A stretch of DNA of 50,931 nucleotides from an uncultured Pygmaiobacter sp. (GTDB lineage Bacteria > Bacillota > Clostridia > Oscillospirales > Ruminococcaceae): positions 1 to 50,931 of the forward strand of contig CALXIJ010000080.1 of the NCBI GenBank assembly GCA_944388335.1, written 5' to 3'. The position numbers and the translations under genes are program-made. The first letter of the stretch is position 1. Every line of letters starts with the position of its first letter. Shown here one piece after another: positions 23,031-32,331 of the stretch. The notes below the pieces were generated by a model that saw nothing but the letters and a program-made list of their open reading frames with translations, searched no databases and was not told where the DNA came from.

Positions 23031-24209
23031 ATGCAGTTTTTGGGCTTTTTGGGCGGCCCTCTCGGGTACGTCATGGAATTTATCTATAAGTTCTTGGTCA
23101 GCGACTACGGTCTGTCGCTGGTACTCTTCACCGTCCTGCTGCGGGTGCTCATGTTCCCGCTGCGGGTCAAACAGCAGAAATCGACTGCCCGGATGGCGGC
23201 CTATCAGCCGATGATCCAGGAGATCCAGAAAAAATATGCCAAGGATCAAAAGCGTCAGCAGGAAGAGCTGATGCGGCTGCAGCAGGAGTATGGTTACTCC
23301 CCCACGGCGGGCTGCCTGCCGATGCTGCTCAACTTTTTGGTGCTCTTCGGCATCATTGAGGTGGTCTATCGTCCGCTGACCTATATCCTGCATATCCCCG
23401 CGGACGTCATCAACCCGATTGCGGACATCCTGCAGGTCAGCGCCAACAGCTACACGCTGCAGAGCAATATCATCAGCGCCGTGGTTTCCGGCAATCAGGA
23501 GGTCATGACCGCGCTGGGGCAGTATCTGCCCGCGGTGCAGGATTTCCATGTCACATGGGGCAGCCTCAATCTGGTCGCGATGCCCACCATCAGCCTTGCG
23601 GGCTGGATGACCCTGATCTTCCCGGTCCTCTCGATTGTCACGATGGTCGCTAGCCAGCTGATCATCCAGAAGACCAGCGGACAGGAGCTGCAGGGCAGCA
23701 TGAAGTATATGCCCTGGATCATGAGTGCGATGTTCATCTTCATCGGCTTTACCGTGCCGGTCGGATTCAGCTTGTACTACACCGTCTCCAACCTGCTGAT
23801 GGTGATCGAGAGCCTTGTGGCGAAGAAGATCTATGACCCCGAGAAGATGAAGGCGCAGCTCGCCGCGGAGATCGAGGAGAAGCGGAAGGCCAAGAAGGCG
23901 AAGAAGAAGGTCACCGTCAAGGCAGAGGACGGCAGCAAGGTGGAAAAAGAGGTCTCCGAGTCTGAACTGGCCAGCCTGCGGCTGCAGCGGGCGCGGGAGA
24001 TCGACGCCGAGCGGTATGCAGACGAGCGCACCACCCCGCTGACCGCAGAGGAGCGGGCCGCGCTGGAACAGCAGGGCAATAAGAAGAAAAAGAAGAGCGC
24101 GAAAAAGGCCGAGGAAAAGGTGGAGCTGACCGATTCTCAGAGCGAGACCGAAAAGATGCTGGCGGAGGAGAAAGCGGAAAGCGAGAAGCTGCACAAAGAC
24201 GACGAGTAA
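23031..24209 (+). CDS. yidC: YidC/Oxa1/SpoIIIJ membrane protein insertase
   Basis: YGLSLVLFTVLLR, QPMIQEIQKKY, GCLPML, LYYTVSN; long charged C-terminal tail. Confidence 0.93.
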   Translation: MQFLGFLGGPLGYVMEFIYKFLVSDYGLSLVLFTVLLRVLMFPLRVKQQKSTARMAAYQPMIQEIQKKYAKDQKRQQEELMRLQQEYGYSPTAGCLPMLLNFLVLFGIIEVVYRPLTYILHIPADVINPIADILQVSANSYTLQSNIISAVVSGNQEVMTALGQYLPAVQDFHVTWGSLNLVAMPTISLAGWMTLIFPVLSIVTMVASQLIIQKTSGQELQGSMKYMPWIMSAMFIFIGFTVPVGFSLYYTVSNLLMVIESLVAKKIYDPEKMKAQLAAEIEEKRKAKKAKKKVTVKAEDGSKVEKEVSESELASLRLQRAREIDAERYADERTTPLTAEERAALEQQGNKKKKKSAKKAEEKVELTDSQSETEKMLAEEKAESEKLHKDDE

Positions 24210-24233
24210 AGACGCGGGAAGGAGCGAGAGGCA

Positions 24234-25283
24234 ATGAATGAGTTGATCGTGACCGCAAAGACGCTGGAACAGGCGATCGAGAATGCCTACGAGGAGTGCG
24301 CCCGGATGGGATACAGCCGGGAGGAGGTCAGCGTCGAGGTGATCGAAACCCCGACCAAACGGCTATTTTTCTCCTCCCCCGCAAAGGTAAAAGCGGTTTA
24401 CGGCCATGCGGAAAAACCCGCAGAGCAGCCTGTGCCGGAAAAGGAAAAAAAGGAGCCTCCCAAGACGGAGCAGCCCGCAAAGGAGAAGCCGGCGGAGAAA
24501 AAACGGCCGGAACCCAAAAAGGAAGCGCCTAAAAAGGAAGAAAAAAAGCAGGAGCAGGAAGCGCAGCCTGCCGCAGTGCAGGAAACGGTGGAAACACAGC
24601 CCGCCAGCGGAGAAAAGGTGGATGCAGCAGTCGCCTATTTCAAGGCGGTTGCCGCCCAGATGGGGGTGGAAAATCTCACCGTCTCTCCGGTTCAGCAGGG
24701 GGGCACCGTGATCCTGAAGGTGGACGGGCTGAATGTCGGCACCCTGATCGGACGCCGGGGTGAGACGATGGAGTCGCTCAGCTATCTGGTCAGCCTTGCG
24801 GGAAACCGCTGCGGCGGGGATTATGCGAAGATCACGCTGGATGTGGCGGGATACCGCAGCAAACGGGAAAAAGATCTTGCGGCACTTGCCCGCCGGGTGG
24901 GTGCAAAGGTGCAGAAGACCGGCCGCAGCCATATGTTTGAGCCGATGAATCCCTATGAGCGGCGGATTATCCACTCGGCAATCAGCGAGATGGAGAACCT
25001 CTCCAGCGAATCCACCGGCGAGGGGGCGGACCGCCGTGTCGTCGTGCGTTCGACAGCGCCGAATGCGCTGCCGGACAAGCCCCGCGGACCCCGTTCCGGC
25101 CGCTCGGGCGGGAAGGGCGGCGCGCGCCGCCGTGGGGAGAAGGAGCGCGCCTCGCGCAAGGAGCCGCGGGAGCGCGCACCGCGTCCGCAGCCGACCGGAG
25201 ATACCCCGGTTGTGCCGCAGCGGTCCTCCGCCTCACTGGATGACAGCTTCGACCTGCCGCTCTACGGCAAGATCGAGCTGTAA
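24234..25283 (+). CDS. jag: Jag/KhpB/EloR RNA-binding protein (Jag_N, KH, R3H)
   Basis: Jag_N TAKTLEQAI, KH LIGRRGETM, R3H PMNPYERRIIHSAI. Confidence 0.93.
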   Translation: MNELIVTAKTLEQAIENAYEECARMGYSREEVSVEVIETPTKRLFFSSPAKVKAVYGHAEKPAEQPVPEKEKKEPPKTEQPAKEKPAEKKRPEPKKEAPKKEEKKQEQEAQPAAVQETVETQPASGEKVDAAVAYFKAVAAQMGVENLTVSPVQQGGTVILKVDGLNVGTLIGRRGETMESLSYLVSLAGNRCGGDYAKITLDVAGYRSKREKDLAALARRVGAKVQKTGRSHMFEPMNPYERRIIHSAISEMENLSSESTGEGADRRVVVRSTAPNALPDKPRGPRSGRSGGKGGARRRGEKERASRKEPRERAPRPQPTGDTPVVPQRSSASLDDSFDLPLYGKIEL

Positions 25284-25343
25284 TTCCACCGCGCGGGCAA
25301 AGACGGAAAACGGTTTTGCCCTACGCTTTTTCACAGAGAGCAC

Positions 25344-25380
25344 AACAGGCAGGGCACACGAATGGCCCTGCCTGTTTTTT
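25344..25380 (+). terminator. Rho-independent terminator after jag
   Basis: AACAGGCAGGGC...GCCCTGCCTGTT followed by a T-run. Confidence 0.8.
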
Positions 25381-25405
25381 GCTGTTTGAGATAAGACAAA
25401 GAGAG

Positions 25406-25438
25406 TTTTCCACAGAAAAGCATATCGAATGTGGAAAA
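25406..25438. promoter_or_regulatory. Inverted pair of DnaA boxes between jag and mnmE
   Basis: TTTTCCACA 25406-14 and TGTGGAAAA 25430-38, the same 9-mer used at oriC; TTTTTCACA at 25327-35. Confidence 0.7.
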
Positions 25439-25451
25439 GGAGGAATGACAG

Positions 25452-26855
25452 ATGCAGCCGTCTACCATCGCGGCGATCGCCACGGCACCGGGCAAAGCGG
25501 GAATTGCCTGTGTGCGGATTTCCGGCCCGCAGGCGTATGAAATTGCACAGAGGGTGTTTGTGCCGGTCCAGAAGGGAAAACACCTCGCGGATGCCCGGGG
25601 CTATACCGCGCTGTTCGGCCATGTTTTCCGCGGGGGACACCGGCTCGACGAGGCGATCGCCCTGTGTTTTCGCGCGCCGAAGAGCTACACCGGGGAGGAT
25701 GTGGTGGAGCTGTCGGTCCATGGCGGGGAGGCGTCGATCCGCGGGCTGCTCGCGGCCTGCTGTGAAGCGGGGGCAGCTCCTGCGGCGGCAGGGGAGTTCA
25801 CCCGCCGCGCCTTCCTCAACGGCAGGATCTCCCTGACACAGGCGGAAGCGGTGATGGAGATGATCGAGGCCGCCAGTGCCGACGGCGCGCGGGCAGCCGC
25901 CGCCGCGATGGAGGGAGCCCTTTTTCAGAAGATCCATGCCGAGTGCGACCGGTTGACCGCACTTGCCGGTCATATCGCCGCTTATACCGACTATCCGGAA
26001 GAGGATGTGGAGGAGCTGCAGGAGGACCGGCTGCGGGAGACCCTCACCCTCTCCCGCGATACCCTGAAAGGGATGCTGGACAGCTATGAGAGCGGCAGTA
26101 TCCTGCGCCGCGGGGTGCGCACCGCGATTGTGGGCAGCCCAAATGTCGGAAAGAGCACCCTGCTCAACCTGATGAGCGGGTTTGAAAAGGCGATCGTCAC
26201 CCCCATTGCGGGGACCACCCGGGATGTGGTGGAACAGGATGTGACGCTGGGTGGTGCGACCCTCTTGCTGGCGGACACCGCCGGGCTGCGTCAGACCGAC
26301 GACCCGATTGAGGCGGAGGGGATCCGCCGCAGCAACAAAAAGCTCGAAGAGGCGAACCTCATCCTCGCGGTCTTTGACCTCTCCCGGCCGCTCTCACAGG
26401 AGGATCTCGCGCTGGCACAGCGCTGCCGCGGCCGACTTGCAATCGCCATCTTCAACAAGAGCGACCTTCCGCAGCAGGCACAGACGGAACAAATAGCCGA
26501 CTGTTTTTGCAGCTGTGTGCGGATCAGCGCGCTGGAGGAGGGGTTCAGCGATGCGCTGCGCCGGGCAATCCTCGATCTGATCGCGGAGAAAAAGCCGGAT
26601 CCGGATGCCGCGCTGCTCGCGAACGAACGGCAGCGCGCCGCGGCGCAGCGAGCCTTGGCCGCCCTTGAGGAGGCGCTCGGTGCGCTCGACGGCGGGTTTG
26701 CGCTGGATGCGGTCTCGGTCTGTGTCGACGATGCGCTGGATGCGCTGTATGAGCTGACGGGAGAAAGCGCGTCGGACGCGGTGATCGACGAGGTCTGGTC
26801 AAAGTTCTGCGTCGGCAAAGGACCGCTTTTGCGGGCGCCGGGTAGTTTTTGTTGA
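25452..26855 (+). CDS. mnmE: tRNA modification GTPase MnmE (TrmE)
   Basis: TIAAIAT, SYTGEDVVE, GEFTRRAFLNG, GSPNVGKST, GTTRD, DTAG, NKSD, FCVGK (plus 11 extra aa). Confidence 0.97.
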   Translation: MQPSTIAAIATAPGKAGIACVRISGPQAYEIAQRVFVPVQKGKHLADARGYTALFGHVFRGGHRLDEAIALCFRAPKSYTGEDVVELSVHGGEASIRGLLAACCEAGAAPAAAGEFTRRAFLNGRISLTQAEAVMEMIEAASADGARAAAAAMEGALFQKIHAECDRLTALAGHIAAYTDYPEEDVEELQEDRLRETLTLSRDTLKGMLDSYESGSILRRGVRTAIVGSPNVGKSTLLNLMSGFEKAIVTPIAGTTRDVVEQDVTLGGATLLLADTAGLRQTDDPIEAEGIRRSNKKLEEANLILAVFDLSRPLSQEDLALAQRCRGRLAIAIFNKSDLPQQAQTEQIADCFCSCVRISALEEGFSDALRRAILDLIAEKKPDPDAALLANERQRAAAQRALAALEEALGALDGGFALDAVSVCVDDALDALYELTGESASDAVIDEVWSKFCVGKGPLLRAPGSFC

Positions 26856-26874
26856 AACAAAGGAGAACAGTTGG

Positions 26875-28764
26875 ATGGATCTTCTGGGAAGCTATGATGT
26901 GATAGTGGTGGGCGCCGGCCATGCCGGCATTGAGGCGGCGGTGGCATCGGCCCGGCTGGGCTGCCGCACGGCCCTCTTCACCATGAGTTTGGACGGGATC
27001 GGGAATATGCCCTGCAATCCCTCGATCGGCGGGACGGCAAAGGGGCATCTGGTGCGGGAGATCGACGCTCTGGGCGGGGTGATGGGCATCGCGGCCGATG
27101 CGACCTTCCTGCAGAGCCGGATGCTCAACCGGGGCAAGGGGCCGGCGGTTCATTCGCTGCGGGTGCAGAGCGACCGGCAGCGGTACCATGAGTACATGAA
27201 GCAGCTGCTGGAACGGACCGAAAACCTCGAGCTCAAACAGGGCGAGGTGGTGCGGCTGCTCTCGGAAGACGGCAGGGTGACCGGGGTGGAAACCCGGCTG
27301 TGCGCCGGCTATACCGCAAAGGCGGTGGTCCTCGCGACCGGCACCTACCTCGCGGGAAAGATCTATGTCGGGGAGGCCTGCTATGACAGCGGCCCCGACG
27401 GGCAGCACGCCGCGGTGGGGCTGTCGGACAGCCTGCGAGCGCTCGGGATCACGCTGCGCCGGTTCAAGACCGGCACCCCGGCGCGTGCCAACCGCCGCAG
27501 CATCGACTTTTCCCGGCTGGAGGTTCAGCCGGGGGATGAGCCGGTCGAACCCTTCAGCTTTATGACCGACGGGGAGCTGCACAACAAGGTAGTCTGCCAT
27601 ATCACCTATACCAACGAGGAGACCCACCGCATCATTCTGGAGAATATCGGCCGCAGCCCGCTCTACGGCGGCAAGATCGAGGGGATCGGCCCCCGGTACT
27701 GCCCCAGCATCGAGGACAAGGTGATGCGGTTTCGGGATAAACCCCGCCACCAGATCTTCATCGAGCCCTGCGGGGAGAACACCGATGAGATGTATCTGCA
27801 GGGGATGAGCAGCTCATTGCCGGAAGAGGTGCAGAACGCCTTTTACCACACCATCGTCGGGCTGGAACACCTCGAGATCATGCGGCCGGCCTATGCGATC
27901 GAGTATGACTGCTGCGATCCGCTCGAGCTCGACGCCTCCCTCGCTTTCAAAGAGGTGCCGGGCCTCTTCGGCGCGGGGCAGTTCAACGGCACCTCGGGCT
28001 ATGAGGAGGCCGCCGCACAGGGACTGATTGCCGGCATCAACGCCGCCCGGTCGGTGCAGGGCAAGGAGCCGTTCCTGCTTGAGCGGCAGACCAGCTATAT
28101 CGGCACCCTGATCGACGACCTCGTGACAAAAGGGGTCATGGACCCCTATCGGATGATGACCAGCCGCAGCGAATACCGGCTGACCTTGCGGCAGGACAAT
28201 GCGGATCTTCGCCTGACCCCGATGGGCCGGGAGATCGGCCTTGTCGACGATGCCCGCTGGGCGCGGTTTGAGGCGGATCAGGCGGCAAAGAAAAAAGAGC
28301 TGGAGCGTCTGCATCATAGGATCCTGCGCCCGGCAGAGATCAATCCGCTGCTGGAATCCCTCTCCCAGCCGCCGGCTCTGAGCGGGATCTCCGCCTTTGA
28401 GCTGCTGCGCCGCCCGGCGGTCAGCTATGCTGCGCTGATCGGGGTGATCGGGGCGGGGGAGAAGGTCAGCCCCCATGTGGCAGGCCAGCTCGAGACCGAG
28501 ATCAAATACGAGGGATACATCCGCCGCCAGCAGCAGAAGATTGAGGCGCTGGCCCGGCAGGAGCAGGTCAGGATCCCGCCCGATCTGGATTATCAGAAGC
28601 TCGAGGGGATCCGGCTGGAGGCGCGGGAGAAGCTGACAAAGGTGCGGCCGAAGAATCTGGGTCAGGCCGGACGGATTCCCGGGGTCAACCCGGCGGATCT
28701 TGCGGTGTTGTCGGTGGAACTGGCCGCCCGGCGGGCGAGAGAGGGGAGAGAAAAGAATGATTGA
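26875..28764 (+). CDS. mnmG: tRNA uridine-5-carboxymethylaminomethyl modification enzyme MnmG (GidA)
   Basis: VVGAGHAGIEA, MPCNPSIGG, FKTGTP, GPRYCPSIEDK, GQFNGTSGYEEAAAQG. Confidence 0.98.
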   Translation: MDLLGSYDVIVVGAGHAGIEAAVASARLGCRTALFTMSLDGIGNMPCNPSIGGTAKGHLVREIDALGGVMGIAADATFLQSRMLNRGKGPAVHSLRVQSDRQRYHEYMKQLLERTENLELKQGEVVRLLSEDGRVTGVETRLCAGYTAKAVVLATGTYLAGKIYVGEACYDSGPDGQHAAVGLSDSLRALGITLRRFKTGTPARANRRSIDFSRLEVQPGDEPVEPFSFMTDGELHNKVVCHITYTNEETHRIILENIGRSPLYGGKIEGIGPRYCPSIEDKVMRFRDKPRHQIFIEPCGENTDEMYLQGMSSSLPEEVQNAFYHTIVGLEHLEIMRPAYAIEYDCCDPLELDASLAFKEVPGLFGAGQFNGTSGYEEAAAQGLIAGINAARSVQGKEPFLLERQTSYIGTLIDDLVTKGVMDPYRMMTSRSEYRLTLRQDNADLRLTPMGREIGLVDDARWARFEADQAAKKKELERLHHRILRPAEINPLLESLSQPPALSGISAFELLRRPAVSYAALIGVIGAGEKVSPHVAGQLETEIKYEGYIRRQQQKIEALARQEQVRIPPDLDYQKLEGIRLEAREKLTKVRPKNLGQAGRIPGVNPADLAVLSVELAARRAREGREKND

Positions 28765-29461
28765 ACTGCAGCGTTTTCTCGACAATGCCGCCCGCTGCGG
28801 CGTCCCGGTCGACCGGCAGCAGGCAGGGCTGCTGGACCGGTATGCCGCGCTGCTGGTGGAGACGAATGAGAAGATCAACCTCACCGCGATCACCGACCCC
28901 GAGGGGATCGAAAATAAACATTTTATCGATTCTCTTCTGCTCGCCTCCCAGCCGGAGGTGTCCGGGTCGCTGGTAGACGTCGGCACCGGCGCCGGATTCC
29001 CCGGCGTGGTGGCAAAGATCTACCGCCCCGCGCTCGATCTCACCCTGCTCGAGCCGACCGGTAAACGGTTGGAATTTTTGCGGATGGTCTGCGCTGAACT
29101 CGGCCTCTCGGCCCAGTTTGTCAAGGAGCGCGCCGAGGAGGCGGCCCGCAAGGAGTGGAGGGAAGCCTTTGATATTGCCACCGCCCGGGCGGTGGCACGG
29201 CTCAACAAGTTGGCCGAATACTGCCTGCCGCTGGTCAAAGTGGGGGGATATTTCCTCGCGATGAAGGCGGAATCCGCCGCCGAGGAGCTGGAGGAGGCGC
29301 GCGGCGCTATCCGCAGATTGGGCGGCGAAGTGGTCGCCTTGCGCCGATTCCGTCTGCCCGGTGGGGATGAGAGGGGGATTATCGTCATCAAAAAGATATC
29401 GCAAACCCCGACAGCCTATCCCAGAAACGGCGGAAAAATTGCAAAATCTCCCCTGAAGTGA
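28757..29461 (+). CDS. rsmG: 16S rRNA m7G527 methyltransferase RsmG (GidB)
   Basis: INLTAIT, KHFIDSL, DVGTGAGFPG, ATARAVA, YPR; overlaps the mnmG end. Confidence 0.96.
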   Translation: MIELQRFLDNAARCGVPVDRQQAGLLDRYAALLVETNEKINLTAITDPEGIENKHFIDSLLLASQPEVSGSLVDVGTGAGFPGVVAKIYRPALDLTLLEPTGKRLEFLRMVCAELGLSAQFVKERAEEAARKEWREAFDIATARAVARLNKLAEYCLPLVKVGGYFLAMKAESAAEELEEARGAIRRLGGEVVALRRFRLPGGDERGIIVIKKISQTPTAYPRNGGKIAKSPLK

Positions 29462-29600
29462 CAGTGCTTTGTCAAAAACTGACGATGGAAAAATCTGGAA
29501 ATTAAGAATCTTTTGTGTTATCCTGTAACTGTTCCCATAAACCGGTAGGTTTTTGGAATCGGCTGCAGGATTTTTTTGAGGACAAAAGGGGGACAACCAG

Positions 29601-30407
29601 ATGTTTTTATCGAAATATCGATCGACGGGTCAGGTGCTGTTGATTCCGTTGGATCAGATTGATCCCTCTCCGTGGCAGGCGAGAAGACAGTTTGATCCAA
29701 AGGAACTGGAGGCGCTGGCCATCAGCATCCGGGAAAACGGGATGCTGCAGCCGGTGAGCCTGATTCAGACCGGGAAAAACAGATACGCCCTCGTCGCGGG
29801 GGAGCGCAGGGTGCGCGCGGCCCGGATGATTGGGATGAAGGCGGTCCCTGCAATTTTGACCGATTACAGCGATCAGCAGGCGGCGACGCTGGCATTGGAG
29901 GAGAATCTGCGCCGTCAGCAGCTGGGGCCTTTTGAGGAGGCGGACGCACTGCGGCAGCTGCTCGACCTCTGGGGATGTACCCAGACCGAGGGGGCAAAGA
30001 GAATGGGACTGTCTCAGAGCGCCCTTGCAAATAAATTGCGGCTGCTGACGGTTTCCCCCGAGATCCGCACCGCTGCGGAGGAGGCGCAGTTGACCGAGCG
30101 TCACATCCGGGCATTGCTGCGGCTGCAGAGCAGGGAACAGCAGCTCGAAATGATTGGGGAGATCCAAAAAAATCAGCTCACCGTCAGCCAGACCGAGCGC
30201 AGAGTGGAGCAGATCCTGAAGAAGAAGAAACAAAAGCCAAGGCCGCGCGCAATGGTGCGGGATGTCCGGATCTTTGTAAACACCGTCAACCGGGCGGTTG
30301 AGCTGATGAAGAGCGCGGGGATTCAGGCCAGCGTTGAGCGGCGGGAGGAGCAGGATTTTTTGGAGTATCTGGTGCGGATCCCGACGAATAAGAAAAATAT
30401 CACCTGA
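29601..30407 (+). CDS. noc: ParB-family nucleoid occlusion protein (Noc-like)
   Basis: GMLQPV, AGERRVRA, ANKLRLL, DVRIFVNTVNRAVELMK; canonical position between rsmG and soj. Confidence 0.85.
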   Translation: MFLSKYRSTGQVLLIPLDQIDPSPWQARRQFDPKELEALAISIRENGMLQPVSLIQTGKNRYALVAGERRVRAARMIGMKAVPAILTDYSDQQAATLALEENLRRQQLGPFEEADALRQLLDLWGCTQTEGAKRMGLSQSALANKLRLLTVSPEIRTAAEEAQLTERHIRALLRLQSREQQLEMIGEIQKNQLTVSQTERRVEQILKKKKQKPRPRAMVRDVRIFVNTVNRAVELMKSAGIQASVERREEQDFLEYLVRIPTNKKNIT

Positions 30408-30421
30408 AAATAAGGTCCATC

Positions 30422-30453
30422 ACGGGCGGCAGGATTTTCTGCCGCCCGTTTTT
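30422..30453 (+). terminator. Terminator after noc
   Basis: ACGGGCGGCAG...CTGCCGCCCGT followed by a T-run. Confidence 0.8.
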
Positions 30454-30468
30454 GTTTCACGTGAAACA
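30453..30468. promoter_or_regulatory. parS: parS centromere site 1
   Basis: TGTTTCACGTGAAACA, matching consensus TGTTNCACGTGAAACA. Confidence 0.97.
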
Positions 30469-30493
30469 AAAACGGAATAATAGACAAAGAGGG

Positions 30494-30509
30494 TGTTTCA
30501 CGTGAAACA
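30494..30509. promoter_or_regulatory. parS: parS centromere site 2
   Basis: TGTTTCACGTGAAACA. Confidence 0.97.
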
Positions 30510-30598
30510 AAAACAGAGAAAAAGAGACAGAAAAGAGAAAATGGGTTCCCCCGGCTGCAATGCTGTGCTATAATTGGCAATACAGGAGTTGATGTCAG

Positions 30599-31372
30599 TT
30601 GAGCAAGGTCGTCGCAATTGCAAATCAGAAGGGCGGGGTAGGAAAAACGACCACCGCCGTCAACCTCGCCTCCGCGGTGGCTGCCGCCGGCAAACGGGTG
30701 CTGCTGGTTGATCTCGACCCGCAGGGGAACAGCACCAGCGGGTATGGGATCTCCAAACGGAGCGTCACATCCAGCGTCTATCAACTGCTGATCGGGGAGG
30801 GAGATCCCGCCGACTGTGTGATCAAGACAAAGTACAAGGTGGATCTGATCCCCTCCAATATTCAGCTCTCCGGCGCGGGGATCGAACTGGTCATGCTGGA
30901 TCGCCGGGAGGCCCGGCTGCGGGACGGACTGGCACCGCTGGTAAAAAACTATGATTTTGTCTTTATCGATTGCCCGCCCTCGCTGGATCTGCTGACCCTG
31001 AACGGACTGTGCGCCTGCGACACGGTGCTGGTGCCGATCCAGTGTGAATTTTTTGCGCTGGAGGGGCTGTCCGAGTTGATGAGCACGGTGCGGACGGTCA
31101 AGAATATGTACAACCGGTATCTCGAGATTGAGGGCGTGCTGCTGACGATGTACGACGGCCGGCTGAATCTGACCCTTCAGGTGGTGGCCGAGGTCAAGAA
31201 GTATTTCCCGAACAAGGTGTACAAGACAGCGGTGCCGCGGAATGTCCGGCTCTCGGAGGCTCCCAGCTTTGGGGCGCCGGTCAACTATTACGATCCCTCC
31301 TCAAAGGGTGCGATGGCATACCGGGAGCTTGCGGCGGAGTTTTTGGCGGCGAACCGGAACACCGAAGGGTGA
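30599..31372 (+). CDS. soj: ParA/Soj chromosome partitioning ATPase
   Basis: [36 protein letters not shown]; TTG start. Confidence 0.97.
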   Translation: MSKVVAIANQKGGVGKTTTAVNLASAVAAAGKRVLLVDLDPQGNSTSGYGISKRSVTSSVYQLLIGEGDPADCVIKTKYKVDLIPSNIQLSGAGIELVMLDRREARLRDGLAPLVKNYDFVFIDCPPSLDLLTLNGLCACDTVLVPIQCEFFALEGLSELMSTVRTVKNMYNRYLEIEGVLLTMYDGRLNLTLQVVAEVKKYFPNKVYKTAVPRNVRLSEAPSFGAPVNYYDPSSKGAMAYRELAAEFLAANRNTEG

Positions 31373-31464
31373 GCAAGGACTGTGCCCCGAAGGGGGGCAT
31401 CGAATGAGTAGCGGGAAAAGAGCAAAACCCCCACAGCGGGGATTCTCAGAAAGGAGGCATCCGG

Positions 31465-32331
31465 ATGGCGGCAAAAAAAGGCGGGTTAGGAAGGGGACTG
31501 GAATCCCTCTTTGCGGAATCCAGCGCGACCCCTTCGGCAAAACCGTCCAGCCTGCCGATTGCAGAGATTGAACCGGATAAAAATCAGCCCAGAAAGCATT
31601 TTGAGCCGGAGAGTCTTTCAGAACTCGCCGAATCAATCCGGCAGCATGGGGTATTGCAGCCGATCACGGTGCGCCCCAATCCGGCGGGGGGATACCGGAT
31701 CATCGCCGGCGAGCGGCGCTGGCGGGCCGCGCGGGAAGCGGGATGCACCGAAATCCCGGCCATCGTCAAGGAGGTCGGGGACGAGGATGCGATGGAACTG
31801 GCGCTGATCGAAAATCTCCAGCGGGAGGATCTCAACCCGGTTGAGGAGGCGTTCGGTTATCGCCAGCTGATCGACAGCTGCGGATTGACGCAGGAACAGG
31901 CCGCATCACGGCTCTCTAAGAGCAGACCGGCTGTGGCCAATGCACTGCGGCTGCTCGGGCTGCCGCAGGAGGCGCTGCATCTGCTGCGGGAGGGAAAAAT
32001 CAGCGCGGGGCATGCGCGTGCGGCCCTGACACTCGAGGATCCCAAGGCGCAGATGGATGCGATCCGGGTCATGATTGCGCAGGGGATGAATGTGCGGCAG
32101 GCCGAAGCCCTCTGCAAGAAGATGGCAAAACCCAAACGGGAACGCAGGCAGCAGCCGCGGCCGGCGCTGCCCTGTGAGGTGGAGCTGTCTTTGCAGGAGG
32201 TTCTCGGCACCGAGGTGGATGTCCGGTACAAGGATGGAAAGGGCACACTTCAGCTGCATTTTTATAATGATGAACAGCTCAAGGCGTTCGCAAATCTGTT
32301 AGGAAAATACGAAAAGGAGAAGAAGGACTAA
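31465..32331 (+). CDS. spo0J: ParB/Spo0J partitioning protein
   Basis: GLGRGL, QPRKHF, AGERRWRA, ENLQREDL, SAGHARA. Confidence 0.97.
   Translation: MAAKKGGLGRGLESLFAESSATPSAKPSSLPIAEIEPDKNQPRKHFEPESLSELAESIRQHGVLQPITVRPNPAGGYRIIAGERRWRAAREAGCTEIPAIVKEVGDEDAMELALIENLQREDLNPVEEAFGYRQLIDSCGLTQEQAASRLSKSRPAVANALRLLGLPQEALHLLREGKISAGHARAALTLEDPKAQMDAIRVMIAQGMNVRQAEALCKKMAKPKRERRQQPRPALPCEVELSLQEVLGTEVDVRYKDGKGTLQLHFYNDEQLKAFANLLGKYEKEKKD

Noticed and set aside
29601-32331. Two ParB homologs plus ParA as evidence of a plasmid or ICE
   Set aside because: This is the standard chromosomal noc-soj-spo0J arrangement after rsmG.
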